Shown: positions 18,056 through 27,639 of the stretch, piece by piece
Numbering within the stretch: the stretch's first letter is position 1
Layout of the letters: every line of letters starts with the position of its first letter
Assembly: GCA_040830765.1 (NCBI GenBank)
Contig: JBFOMH010000004.1
Span: 192,001 to 256,000, forward strand
Length of the DNA: 64,000 nucleotides
Source of the DNA: Puniceicoccaceae bacterium
GTDB lineage: Bacteria > Verrucomicrobiota > Verrucomicrobiia > Opitutales > Oceanipulchritudinaceae
Direction of reading: 5' to 3'
Translations under genes and position numbers: made by a program
The notes under the pieces: generated by a model
Databases searched by the model: none
What the model was told of the DNA's origin: nothing
Seen by the model: only the letters and a program-made list of their open reading frames with translations

Positions 18056-18931
18056 ATGAAAGTACGGTTCATTTTCCAGGCGGTGACCTTGGTACTGGTC
18101 ACGACATTTGCAATCAGCGCTCAGGGTCGATTTGAAGATATTGAGTACTCGGTCACAGACCTGGGGCACGGTATTTACCGCCTGGAGGCAACTGGTGGGA
18201 ACATCGGGCTCTCCATCGGCGAGGATGGGGCTTTCCTGATTGACGGCCAGTATGCTCCCCTGACCCCAAAACTTCTGAAGGCGGTCGGCGACCTGACCGA
18301 CAAGCCGATAAAGTTCCTCATCAACACGCACTGGCACGGGGACCATGTCGGCGGGAATGCCAACATTGCTGCCACCGGGACTGTTGTTGCGGCACATAAC
18401 AATGTCCGCAGCCGGATGGCCGCACCCGGTCCCAAGCAATATCCAGAGGAAGCCCTGCCGGCGATCACCTTTTCCGATACCACCACCTGGTATATCAACG
18501 GATTAAAGATACATGCCTTCCATGTGGAGCATGCCCACACCGATGGGGACGCCATTATCCATATCCCGGAAGCCAATATCATCCATGCCGGAGATATACT
18601 CTTCAATGGGCTCTATCCCTATATTGATCTCGATTCCGGCGGTTCGGTTGACGGCTACATCGCCGCCATGGAGCAGCTCGCCGAGCTGGCCAATGAGGAT
18701 ACGCAAATCATCGCCGGGCATGGCCCGCTGGGCAACAAGGCCGACGTAAAGCGCAGCATCGAGATGGTCAAGGATGCCAAAACCCGCGTGGCGGCACTGG
18801 CCGAGGCAGGCAAGACCCTTGAAGAGGTCCAGGAGGCCGATCCCCTCGCGGATTACCACGATGACTGGGCCTGGCGGTTCATCACGGCGGAAAAAATGAC
18901 CGCCATCCTCTACCGGGACCTGACTGAATAA
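18056..18931 (+). CDS. Secreted MBL-fold metallo-hydrolase (cyclase-like)
   Basis: THWHGDH, HAHTDGD, AGHG motifs; signal peptide. Confidence 0.9.
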   Translation: MKVRFIFQAVTLVLVTTFAISAQGRFEDIEYSVTDLGHGIYRLEATGGNIGLSIGEDGAFLIDGQYAPLTPKLLKAVGDLTDKPIKFLINTHWHGDHVGGNANIAATGTVVAAHNNVRSRMAAPGPKQYPEEALPAITFSDTTTWYINGLKIHAFHVEHAHTDGDAIIHIPEANIIHAGDILFNGLYPYIDLDSGGSVDGYIAAMEQLAELANEDTQIIAGHGPLGNKADVKRSIEMVKDAKTRVAALAEAGKTLEEVQEADPLADYHDDWAWRFITAEKMTAILYRDLTE

Positions 18932-19090
18932 GAGCTTTTTACCGCTGCCTTTTATAAGGGCCATTAGGGTTTCTATTATAAGGGAAACCCATCAACATCG
19001 GCTGGTCTTTTACGAATTTAACCGTTATTCCTCTTTTGGGTTTATAGGCCCTCCCTCTGATACTCACCGTTTTCTAAACAGGAGATTATC

Positions 19091-20197
19091 ATGAAACGAA
19101 TCTTGATCATCGGGGGGATGGTTCTGGCAGTTGCTGTCACCTCCTTACACTTGCAGGCTGCCGCGGGATTGAAACTCGCTCAGGGCGAGGTTGAAGTCCT
19201 TTATGAGTTCATTAACCCTGTGCCGGCTGGCATGGTTACTCCTGAGGGTATCGCCCTCGATCGCAAGGGGAACATCTATGTATCGCTTAGGACAACGGAT
19301 GGGATTTCATACATTAAGAATGAAATCGTAAAATTCACTCCCAAGGGTGACATATCCGTTCTTGCGGACTTGGGACCTGCTGCACCTGGAGGCTTTGGGG
19401 TGATTGGTTTGACCACCGACGCGGATGGCAACGTCTATGTGGCGTTTCCCTCATTTAATGCCGCTCACGGGGTCTGGAAGGTCTATCCCGATGGTTCGGC
19501 GGAGCACCTCAACGGATCCTGGCAGTTGTTGATACCGAATTCCCTGAATTTCGACAACGAAGGCAATCTGTTTGTTACGGACTGGGATCCCTTTAAAGTG
19601 ACAGCTGCGGGGATTTGGAAGTATGGTGCGGATACGATGGTATTTGAGCCCTGGTGTGTTGATCCCCTGATCATGGCCCTGGACGACGATCCATTCGGTC
19701 AGCCCATCGGTGGAGCCAACGGAATTGCATTCCATCCTCCCGATAACATATATGTCTCGAACACAGAACAGGGCACCATCGTCCGGGTTCCGGTCTTGGA
19801 GGATGGAACCGCAGGAGTAGCTTCCGTTATCAATCTGGATCCTTTCCCGATCATGAATCCGGATGGGGTAACAGTTGATGCACATGGGAATGTCTACACC
19901 GTCATACCGGTTTCGACATGGAGGGACTTTCCTCCTGCCCCACCGCCTTGGTTGCTATCACCTATTGTTAAGATATATCCGGATACGGGGATGGTGGAAC
20001 CCATACTGGATCCCGTCCTTTTTGATGATCCACTCTATTTTGATTTCCCGACCACGCTGGCCTTCGGGACAGGTCCGCTGGACAAGAAGAGTGTATTTGT
20101 CATCAGCATGGGGGCGGAGTTTTTCTTTGGGCCTCCGGGTACCGGTCCCAAATTGACCCAAGTGGGCGTGGGTGTGCCTGGCAGAACAGGACAATAG
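19091..20197 (+). CDS. Secreted SMP-30/gluconolactonase-like beta-propeller protein
   Basis: PEGIALDRKGNIYVS, PNSLNFD, ANGIAF, PDGVTVD blade repeats; signal peptide; AGGAG RBS. Confidence 0.8.
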   Translation: MKRILIIGGMVLAVAVTSLHLQAAAGLKLAQGEVEVLYEFINPVPAGMVTPEGIALDRKGNIYVSLRTTDGISYIKNEIVKFTPKGDISVLADLGPAAPGGFGVIGLTTDADGNVYVAFPSFNAAHGVWKVYPDGSAEHLNGSWQLLIPNSLNFDNEGNLFVTDWDPFKVTAAGIWKYGADTMVFEPWCVDPLIMALDDDPFGQPIGGANGIAFHPPDNIYVSNTEQGTIVRVPVLEDGTAGVASVINLDPFPIMNPDGVTVDAHGNVYTVIPVSTWRDFPPAPPPWLLSPIVKIYPDTGMVEPILDPVLFDDPLYFDFPTTLAFGTGPLDKKSVFVISMGAEFFFGPPGTGPKLTQVGVGVPGRTGQ

Positions 20198-20225
20198 AAC
20201 CAGGCTAGGGCGAATTTTAAATTCT

Positions 20226-20258
20226 AAGGCACCCTGGAGTTTCCGGGGTGCCTTTTTT
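20226..20258 (+). terminator. Intrinsic terminator
   Basis: AAGGCACCCTGGA-GTT-TCCGGGGTGCCTT followed by a T run, just after the stop at 20197. Confidence 0.85.
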
Positions 20259-20273
20259 GAGCCAGCAGAGCAC

Positions 20274-20457
20274 CGCGACCCCTGGACAATTACTTGTCGG
20301 GGGCGCGATGCCTGTGACTCCCTATACACACCCAATCGTCCTCCGGACTTTTTGGCGGACGGGAAATACTGAGGCCAATTCCAATCGCCGGGACCGCCGC
20401 CTAAAGGGTTATTTCCAGCCGCAGGTACAAGAAACGTTTCTCGGTCGGGTGGGTGTA
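20274..20457. ncRNA. Candidate structured RNA (hairpin plus long imperfect rod; possibly 6S-like)
   Basis: Nested complementary segments found by eye in a large intergenic region without a credible ORF. Confidence 0.3.
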
Positions 20458-20571
20458 ATCGGCCCCGATACCGCTCCATGAGTGGAAAACCGGATTCCCT
20501 TAGTTGGGATTTTTTCCTGGGACGGGTTTCCGCTTGTGATGGATACTTGAAAAGTGCAGGGTTTCGGGGTC

Positions 20572-21102
20572 ATGAACCGAAATCTTCTCACTCTTCTCAC
20601 CCTCATTCTGGGCTGTCTGCCCTTCACCCTCAACGCCGGAGAGGAGCCGGAAGCGCCAGTTCGTATTACGGACGATCCTGCCATGCTTGATTTCTGGATC
20701 GGGGAATGGGACCTGACTTGGGAAGGCAAGGACGGCCCGGCCAAAGGGACCAATACCATCAGCAAGATACTCGGTGGAGCGGTCATCCATGAATCCTTTG
20801 ACGGCCGGCCGGGAATGGACTTCAGGGGGGAAAGCTTTTCTGTCCTCGGACGGGTTGAGGGCAGCTGGAAGCAGGTCTGGGTGGACTCCGCCAAGGGTTA
20901 TCTCGACTTTGACGGATACAAGGAAGGCGACAAGGTGGTCTTTCACCGTCTCGGTAAAAGCCCGACCGGCGAGCCCCTGTATCAGCGGATGGTCTTTTAT
21001 GACATTGAAGCCGATTCCCTGACCTGGGATTGGGAAACGTCCCCGGACGGCAAGGAATGGACCGTACGCTGGCGTATCAACTACCAGCGGAAGAAGGAAT
21101 AG
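20572..21102 (+). CDS. Secreted hypothetical protein (DUF1579-like beta protein)
   Basis: Signal peptide; DFWIGEW, WKQVWVDS, SPDGKEW motifs. Confidence 0.7.
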   Translation: MNRNLLTLLTLILGCLPFTLNAGEEPEAPVRITDDPAMLDFWIGEWDLTWEGKDGPAKGTNTISKILGGAVIHESFDGRPGMDFRGESFSVLGRVEGSWKQVWVDSAKGYLDFDGYKEGDKVVFHRLGKSPTGEPLYQRMVFYDIEADSLTWDWETSPDGKEWTVRWRINYQRKKE

Positions 21103-21114
21103 ACAGCCGTTCCA

Positions 21115-24100
21115 TCAGGCCTGCAGGACTTCCAGCTGGAAGGATTCCATCTCCTTTTTCACCGTCTGCAGGAACTGGGCCCCGGCGGCCCCGTTAAGCC
21201 AGCGGTGGTCAAAGCTGAGGCAAAGGGCGACCTGCTGAATCCACTCATCCGGGGCAACGGCTTCCATGTGCGCCTCGCCGAGGAAAAGTGTGCCGATCGC
21301 CGGCGGAACCACCAGTGGCTGGGCGTCCCGGACACTGTATTGACCCATGCTCGTGAGGATCAATGGTACCCTTGCCTTGGAGCGGCGCTGTCCGCTGCGG
21401 ACTGCCTCCACGGCATTGGCATAGGCCGCAATGAAGGAGGGCCCATCCAAATCGCTTGCATCCTGGATGATCGCCGTCTCAAGGGCGTCCTGCTGCAGTG
21501 CGACTGCCACCCCGAAGTCAAACACCTCGTTGTGCGTCAGGGTGTCGTTCTGGTTGATGGTGCAGCGGAAAATGGGATGGCGTTTGATGGATTGAACCAG
21601 TGACCAGGCAACCATGACAGTGGGGGAGGGTGCTTCCTTGCCCATGGCCTTTTTGGCTTCCGCACGGGCTGTCTTGATTGGTTCCCAGCCAGCTTTCACG
21701 GTCATATGGGCGGGAACCACATTTTTCAACTGGGCCACGATCCTCGGCGGGAGGCCCCCCTCGGTGGGCTTTCCATTGGCTCCCTGCAGGGAAATTTCCT
21801 CCACGGACTCACTGGCATTGGATTCCTCTTGCAGGGTGGAGCCGACGGGTGGGGCCGGGACCGAGGAATCGGTCACCTCCAGCTCTGCGATGATCTGGTC
21901 GACGCCTACCTCGTCATCCTCTGCAATTTTCCACCCGACGAACTTACCGGAGTAGGGTGACTCAATCGGAAAAAGTGCCTTGTCCGTCTCCACTTCGCAG
22001 AGGGGATCATCCGGCTCGATATCATCCCCCGGCTTGGCAATGAGGGAGATGACCTTGGCGCTGGTTATGCCCTCACCGAGAATCGGGACCTTGATCGGGG
22101 TCAAGGTCGTCTCCTCGTGCCCGCCGTCGTCCGAAAGGCTTTCCTTCATTTTCTCGAAGGCCGGATTGGCGGCCGGGATGGCAGCGATAGCCGGCGCCTC
22201 GCGGGCCCATTCCAGCGTCAGGAGCTCCTGGATTTTACGGGCGACGTCCTTCTTGTCCGGCAACGCCGAATACTCAAGGACAGGATTGTAGCCGATGTTG
22301 ACATCCGGCTTGGCCAGCAAAGTCGGTGGGGCCTGAAGCCGGGTGAAAAGCTCACCATTTGCGGTGATGCGGGAAATGACATTTTGCCCGATGGAGCAGG
22401 ACTCGGCATCCTCCTGGACGACAAGGAGGCGGCCGGTCTTGGCCACGGAGGTCTCGATTGTCGCCATGTCGATGGGGGAGACGGTCCGCAGATCGATGAA
22501 CTCCACCGTGTCCGGCTCGCCCAGGAGCTCAAGGGCGTGTTGGACCACCTCGGTCCCGTTGCCCCATGAGACTAACGTCAGCTCGGATCCAGTTTTGCGG
22601 ATGGCTGCCTTGCCGAATGGGACCGGCTGGATATCCCCCTCCAGCTTGTGGGGGTGCCACATGAGGTGTTTTGGGATGAGGATGATCGTCGGGGTGTGGC
22701 CATGAATGGCCGTCCAGAAAAGGCCGGCGGCATCCGCGGGAGTGGAGGGGATGCCAATCTGGATCCCGGGAAAATGGGCAATTGCACTCTCATTGGCCTG
22801 GCTGTGCCAGAGGGCACCCCCGGGCAGATAGGCCCCATAGGGGGCATAAATGACAGCCGGGGCCGACCACTCCCCGTTGGTTCGCCAATGCAGGGTGGAT
22901 AACTGCGTCACCAGCTGGTTGAAACCGGGCCAAATGTAGTCCGCAAACTGGATTTCGAAAACGGGCCGCTTTCCGTAGGCAGCCACGCCGGCGGAGACAC
23001 CGAAAATCGTCGATTCCGCCAGTGGTGAATTGTACACCTGCTCGGGTGCCCGGGTGGAAAGGCCCTTCGTCAGGCTGAAGACACCCCCCTTGGGATCCTC
23101 GATGTCCTGTCCGAAGAAGACAACATCCCGGCTGGCCTTCAACGCGGCCTGGAAGGTGGCGTTGATGGTGTCGACCATCCGCGGCTCGGTCGTCTCCAGG
23201 GGAAGGGAAAGGGAGGGAATCTTGGCCGAGGGACCGTAAATGTGCTTCATGAGGTCTTCCGGGCGGGGATCCAGCTCCTCAAAGGCCCGGGTATAGTCGG
23301 ACCGGACCTCATTCTCGATCGATTCCTTCAATTCGGCAAATGCCTCCTCGGTGAGATCCCCCGAGGCAATCATGTCCTTTTTGAGCCGATTGATCGGATC
23401 CTTGTCATCCAGCTCGGCCAATTCCTCCTCGGAACGATATTTGCGGTGATCATCAGCGCTGGAGTGGCTCGAGATGCGCTCTGTCCGGCACCAGACGAAG
23501 GCCGGACCCTTGCCGTCCCGGGCGGATTGCAGGGCTGGTTGGATACCTTCGAAAACGGAATCCGCGTCACAGCCGTCAATGATGCTCCAATGGCTCGCAT
23601 TAAGCATGTCCAGGCCGAGGGGATGCATCTTTTCGGTGACGGTGGATATCCCGATGCCGTTGTCCTCCACGAGAAATACAACCGGAAGCTGATGCTCGAG
23701 GCAAAAGGCCACTGCCTCAAAGAAGTCACCTTGCCGCGTTCCGGCGTCGCCGATGGTCGTCAGGACAATATTGGCTTTCCCGTCCAGTTTCATGCCCCAG
23801 GCCAGGCCCGCAGCCGGCAGGAGGGAGGAACCGACAACCGAGGCGATCGAAAAAATGCCCAGCTGCTTGTTGCTGTAATGGGCGGGCATCTGGCGGCCCC
23901 CGCTGGCGGCCGCGCGCTTGGCGAAGAAGGAGAGGGCGAGGTCGTAATTACCGATGCCGCGGGCCAGGGCAATTGGCCGGTCCCGGTAATATCCGGAAAA
24001 CATGTCACCGTCCTTCAAGAGATAGCCGGCGACAGAGAGGGCCTCATGGCCCATTCCGGAAACATGGAACCAGCCCTTTCCCTGGCGGATCAGGCTCTGC

Positions 24101-24177
24101 TCGCGAAGGTCCCCGGCCCGGGATAGGAGCATGGTCCGGAGGAGCTTACTTTTGTCGTCTACATTCAGTTTCGCCAT
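21115..24177 (-). CDS. Fused 2-oxoacid dehydrogenase E1alpha-E1beta-lipoyl-E2 (branched-chain type E1)
   Basis: TPP motif GDAG...EDN, HSSADD, E1beta GQDI..GGVF and EIQFADY, lipoyl EVETDKA, acyltransferase SFDHR. Confidence 0.9.
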   Translation of the reverse strand: MAKLNVDDKSKLLRTMLLSRAGDLREQSLIRQGKGWFHVSGMGHEALSVAGYLLKDGDMFSGYYRDRPIALARGIGNYDLALSFFAKRAAASGGRQMPAHYSNKQLGIFSIASVVGSSLLPAAGLAWGMKLDGKANIVLTTIGDAGTRQGDFFEAVAFCLEHQLPVVFLVEDNGIGISTVTEKMHPLGLDMLNASHWSIIDGCDADSVFEGIQPALQSARDGKGPAFVWCRTERISSHSSADDHRKYRSEEELAELDDKDPINRLKKDMIASGDLTEEAFAELKESIENEVRSDYTRAFEELDPRPEDLMKHIYGPSAKIPSLSLPLETTEPRMVDTINATFQAALKASRDVVFFGQDIEDPKGGVFSLTKGLSTRAPEQVYNSPLAESTIFGVSAGVAAYGKRPVFEIQFADYIWPGFNQLVTQLSTLHWRTNGEWSAPAVIYAPYGAYLPGGALWHSQANESAIAHFPGIQIGIPSTPADAAGLFWTAIHGHTPTIILIPKHLMWHPHKLEGDIQPVPFGKAAIRKTGSELTLVSWGNGTEVVQHALELLGEPDTVEFIDLRTVSPIDMATIETSVAKTGRLLVVQEDAESCSIGQNVISRITANGELFTRLQAPPTLLAKPDVNIGYNPVLEYSALPDKKDVARKIQELLTLEWAREAPAIAAIPAANPAFEKMKESLSDDGGHEETTLTPIKVPILGEGITSAKVISLIAKPGDDIEPDDPLCEVETDKALFPIESPYSGKFVGWKIAEDDEVGVDQIIAELEVTDSSVPAPPVGSTLQEESNASESVEEISLQGANGKPTEGGLPPRIVAQLKNVVPAHMTVKAGWEPIKTARAEAKKAMGKEAPSPTVMVAWSLVQSIKRHPIFRCTINQNDTLTHNEVFDFGVAVALQQDALETAIIQDASDLDGPSFIAAYANAVEAVRSGQRRSKARVPLILTSMGQYSVRDAQPLVVPPAIGTLFLGEAHMEAVAPDEWIQQVALCLSFDHRWLNGAAGAQFLQTVKKEMESFQLEVLQA

Positions 24178-24199
24178 TGGTTGTCTGAAATAGTGAAGT

Positions 24200-25924
24200 T
24201 TAATTGCTTTTTTCGACTGGAGGGGCGGTCTCCTTTTCAGGAGGCGGGGTCACCCTGGCTTGCCACTCAATGGCAATGCCCTGTTCTCCGGCGTTTTGGG
24301 CAGATTTAATACCCCTCCGCAGAAAGGCAAGCTGGACCTTTTCCGGCATCTTCTGCTTTTCCAGTTTCTGGTAGATGCGCAGGGCAGCCCTGGCATCGCC
24401 AAGCTCCAGCAATGTATCCGCGATGTCGGCATAGAGGCCCCAGTCGCCGGACCCGGCCAGCGGTAGGTCTTCAACTAGGGCAAGGGTTTGGCGGGCGGCT
24501 TTTTCCTTCCCGGCTTTCTGGTAAAGTTCTGCCCGAAGGAGGGCCATGGCCGGCCCCGGTGTTTCCCGCATCCCTTTGTCGGCGAGATTGAGGGCCTCAA
24601 TTGTCTGGTCCTCCGCCAGCAGTTGGCGGATTTTCCGGATGACCACATACTGATCCTCAAGAATCTTCAGCGGATCGCCAATGGCTTCCATTTGTACATC
24701 CAGTCCTGTGGCAAAGGGCCTGTAGAGGGGATCGCCAATGGCCACCCCCTGCCAACTGAGACCAGGCAGGGCGAGATAGGCGGCATCCCCGAAATTCCAT
24801 CCCTGGGCAAGGGCGATGAAGAAACCGTCAAACTGGTGGGTCAGGTTAAGGTAGGGCTCTGCGACATTGCCAAATGTGGCACTGACACCTCTTTCGACCA
24901 ATGGACCGACCCAACCCTTGCTCGTCGAACGGATCGGACGGGCGGAAAAGCTGTGTAGGTGGGCAGCGACCGCTCCTTTAGGGAATTTCCATCCAGGGAG
25001 AAAAAAGGGCCCGTTCCGGTTATGGGCATACCACCCTGCATAGAGGACCGGGGCATCAAAGCGATCGGCGACCTGGAAGGTTGCCCTCCGCTTGTCATGG
25101 CTAAGGTCAAAACCCAATTGTTCGAAACGGGCCGCCGTGTTGGCCATCCATTCGTTTCCGAGAGCAAAGGCGCCTCCCCGGCCATCCTCATCGACATAGG
25201 CACGGCCCTTGAGGCCCTGCTGTTCCCCTTCAAGGGCATTGTCGATCATGCGGATGACGGCCTCCGGAGAGGGTCCGTCGAGACGGGTTACACGGAGGAT
25301 ATTTGTTGATACCCGAGAATCGAGGTTTCCATAGAGCGGATTCGGGAAAAATCCCCGGAATGGTATATCGCGGAAAAGGAGGAGGGAAAGTTCGCCGTCC
25401 ACGGACGCATCGGTCCGGGACATGTTTCCCTCCGTGAAAGCCTTGATGAGCCCGAGGTGCTTCCCCTTGAGTTGTTTTCGAAGCAAGGCTGTATCTTCCG
25501 TCTCCGCGGGTGGCGGGCCGGTGACATGGGCCGGTATGCCGTAGCAAAGCACGAGGTAGCGCACCTTGTTGGAGAAGACGGTAACTGTATCGCGACCAAA
25601 GGTATCCGTGGAACCCTTGAAGGCGTCGATCAGCTCCTTTTCCAGCAGGCTGGCCAGAAGGGGATTATAGAGCGTCTCAATGAACGCCTGGCGCCCGATT
25701 TTTTCCTCAGTGATGGTTTCGAGAAGGACCAGGTTGGCTTCCGGAATAGCCCGCTGCTTCATGTAGTGCTGGGCAACCTTCAGCGAACCCTTCATGGCCG
25801 GATTGGCGACAACAACAACGGAATCCGGACCCGGTCTTGGCTGCCCGCTCGCCAGCGGGGCAATGGCAGCCAGAATGAGGACCAGCACCAGAGAGAGGGC
25901 CGTGCGCTTCAATTCGGAGGGCAT
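24200..25924 (-). CDS. TIGR03790-family protein with C-terminal TPR-like helices
   Basis: Signal peptide, VAQHYMKQRAIP, ASVDGEL, VTRLDGP, GAVAAHLHSFSA, GNVAEPYL, GDPLYRPF. Confidence 0.8.
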   Translation of the reverse strand: MPSELKRTALSLVLVLILAAIAPLASGQPRPGPDSVVVVANPAMKGSLKVAQHYMKQRAIPEANLVLLETITEEKIGRQAFIETLYNPLLASLLEKELIDAFKGSTDTFGRDTVTVFSNKVRYLVLCYGIPAHVTGPPPAETEDTALLRKQLKGKHLGLIKAFTEGNMSRTDASVDGELSLLLFRDIPFRGFFPNPLYGNLDSRVSTNILRVTRLDGPSPEAVIRMIDNALEGEQQGLKGRAYVDEDGRGGAFALGNEWMANTAARFEQLGFDLSHDKRRATFQVADRFDAPVLYAGWYAHNRNGPFFLPGWKFPKGAVAAHLHSFSARPIRSTSKGWVGPLVERGVSATFGNVAEPYLNLTHQFDGFFIALAQGWNFGDAAYLALPGLSWQGVAIGDPLYRPFATGLDVQMEAIGDPLKILEDQYVVIRKIRQLLAEDQTIEALNLADKGMRETPGPAMALLRAELYQKAGKEKAARQTLALVEDLPLAGSGDWGLYADIADTLLELGDARAALRIYQKLEKQKMPEKVQLAFLRRGIKSAQNAGEQGIAIEWQARVTPPPEKETAPPVEKSN

Positions 25925-25925
25925 G

Positions 25926-26279
25926 TCAGGTCATCAAATAGAAGCCACCCCAGGAAGCAAGGCTGCAGAGGGACAGGGTCAAGGCCAGGTAGAGGGCGGC
26001 TTTGCCCAAATGACCGGCCCGGGCGAGGAGAACCGATTCCAGGATGAAGGTCGAAAAGGTTGTCAGGGCACCACAGAATCCAGCGCCCAGAAAGACGCGG
26101 ATGAGCTCCGCCTCTGCAGGTAGTCCATACCAGATGGCAGGCAGGAAAAAGCTGCCACTGACATTAACCACCAGGGTGGCAACGGGAAAATCATATTTTA
26201 AAAGACGTCCGGCAAGGGCACGCAGGAGGGCGCCAGCCGCTCCCCCTAGCCCAACTGCAAGGACCACAAGGACACTCAC
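25926..26279 (-). CDS. crcB: Fluoride efflux channel Fluc/CrcB
   Basis: GGAAGALLR, TLVVNVSG, GFCGALTTFSTF. Confidence 0.92.
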   Translation of the reverse strand: MSVLVVLAVGLGGAAGALLRALAGRLLKYDFPVATLVVNVSGSFFLPAIWYGLPAEAELIRVFLGAGFCGALTTFSTFILESVLLARAGHLGKAALYLALTLSLCSLASWGGFYLMT

Positions 26280-26665
26280 TGCCGACTCCCTTCAATGGAG
26301 CGCTCCACAATGTGGATCACCAGCACAACGACCCCAATGGCGGTAACGGTTGGGAGGAACAGGTTGGCCAGGGCCGCTGCCCAGCGGCCGGACTCAAACA
26401 GCTGCAGGGTTTCCAGGGAAAAGAGGGAAACGGTGGTGAAGCTGCCACAGAATCCCACCATGTAGAGGTAGCGCCCCTGCGGGTGGAGCTGGTGCTGCGA
26501 CGCATGGAGGAATCCGAGGGCCGCCGCTCCAAGAATATTAATGAGAATTGTCGGGACAGGAAAGTTTCCCAGAAATCCCAGGCCGATCCACCAGCGCAAC
26601 AGGGAGCCCATGGTCCCGCCGAGGCTGATGTAGAGGATGTCGGCTGTGGTGAACCGTTGCGGCAT
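26276..26665 (-). CDS. crcB: Fluoride efflux channel Fluc/CrcB (second paralog)
   Basis: GGTMGSLLR, TILINILG, GFCGSFTTVSLF. Confidence 0.9.
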   Translation of the reverse strand: MPQRFTTADILYISLGGTMGSLLRWWIGLGFLGNFPVPTILINILGAAALGFLHASQHQLHPQGRYLYMVGFCGSFTTVSLFSLETLQLFESGRWAAALANLFLPTVTAIGVVVLVIHIVERSIEGSRQ

Positions 26666-27639
26666 TACGAAGCCTCCCTGGCTAGTCGCTGCAGGGTTCT
26701 CTGGTAGACCTGGACCGCCTCAACGAGGGCTGCGGCAATGCGATCCCGGTATCCCCTTGAGCCAATGTTGCGGCCTTCCGCGGGATGGGTCACGAAACCA
26801 CCCTCAACGAGAATTCCCGGCATCGACAACTCTTCCAGGACGGTGAAGCGGGCCCGCTTCAACCCCCTGTCCGCAGCGCCGAGTTCTTCCTCGAGGCTGC
26901 GCTGGACATAGTAAGCGAGTAAGGTGCTCCAGGCGCCGTCCCTGTTGCCCGGATAGGATTTCCGGTCGCTGGCGTGCAGGTCGGCCCGGGAAGTTGAGGG
27001 CTGCATCACGGGAGTATAGACAAAGGTTTCTACGCCCTCGACCCCGCTTTTCCCGGAAGCGTTGAAGTGCAGGGAAATAAACAAGTCCCCCTCAAGGCGA
27101 TTGGCCAACAGCGCCCTCTCCCGGAGGGGAATGAAGCGATCCTCTGTCCGGGTCAGGGTGACCCGGAAACCCTCTGCTTGCAGGCGCTTTTGCAACCGCA
27201 TGGCGAGATCCAGGGCAAGGGCCTTTTCCCTGAGCCCGACGGGCAGATTTTCCGCCCCGGGATCTTTTCCCCCGTGGCCCGGATCCAGGATGATGTGCCG
27301 CAATTTTGGTGGAGGCCCGTTCAACTGGGGCGTCAGGATAGGCCGTATCTGGTGGGTCAGGTCCGATTCACTGAGGTACAGGCGACCTTTGGATTCAACA
27401 ACGGGATAACCCAGGTGGACCCGAAGGCCGTTGAGGAGCATTTCGCGCTTGTGGACCTCGAAGTCCATGCGGGTCCAGCTTGAATCCAGGCGCAGGCGCT
27501 CACCTTTTTCCAGCCAGCTGGAGCGCATGCCCAGCTTCCCTGCCACATCCGTCAGGCGTACGTAGGAAGTGCCGTTAACTTCAAGTGCATGCCCGGCTAA
27601 TGGAACAAGGAGACACAGGATGCACTGGAATAGCCTCAC
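26665..27639 (-). CDS. N-acetylmuramoyl-L-alanine amidase (Amidase_3)
   Basis: LDPGHGGKDPG, FISLHFN, LVEGGF; signal peptide. Confidence 0.93.
   Translation of the reverse strand: MRLFQCILCLLVPLAGHALEVNGTSYVRLTDVAGKLGMRSSWLEKGERLRLDSSWTRMDFEVHKREMLLNGLRVHLGYPVVESKGRLYLSESDLTHQIRPILTPQLNGPPPKLRHIILDPGHGGKDPGAENLPVGLREKALALDLAMRLQKRLQAEGFRVTLTRTEDRFIPLRERALLANRLEGDLFISLHFNASGKSGVEGVETFVYTPVMQPSTSRADLHASDRKSYPGNRDGAWSTLLAYYVQRSLEEELGAADRGLKRARFTVLEELSMPGILVEGGFVTHPAEGRNIGSRGYRDRIAAALVEAVQVYQRTLQRLAREAS

Noticed and set aside
20330..20360. RNase P RNA (AAAGTCCGG on the - strand)
   Set aside because: Lacks the GAGGAAAGTCC context and the 3' conserved ACAGAA..CGGCTTA segment
23242..24126. 294-aa + strand ORF (likewise 50981-51865)
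   Set aside because: Antisense to the well-supported dehydrogenase and lysA genes
26665..26760. Fluoride riboswitch upstream of the crcB pair
   Set aside because: No intergenic space (the amidase stop overlaps the crcB start) and no recognisable motif
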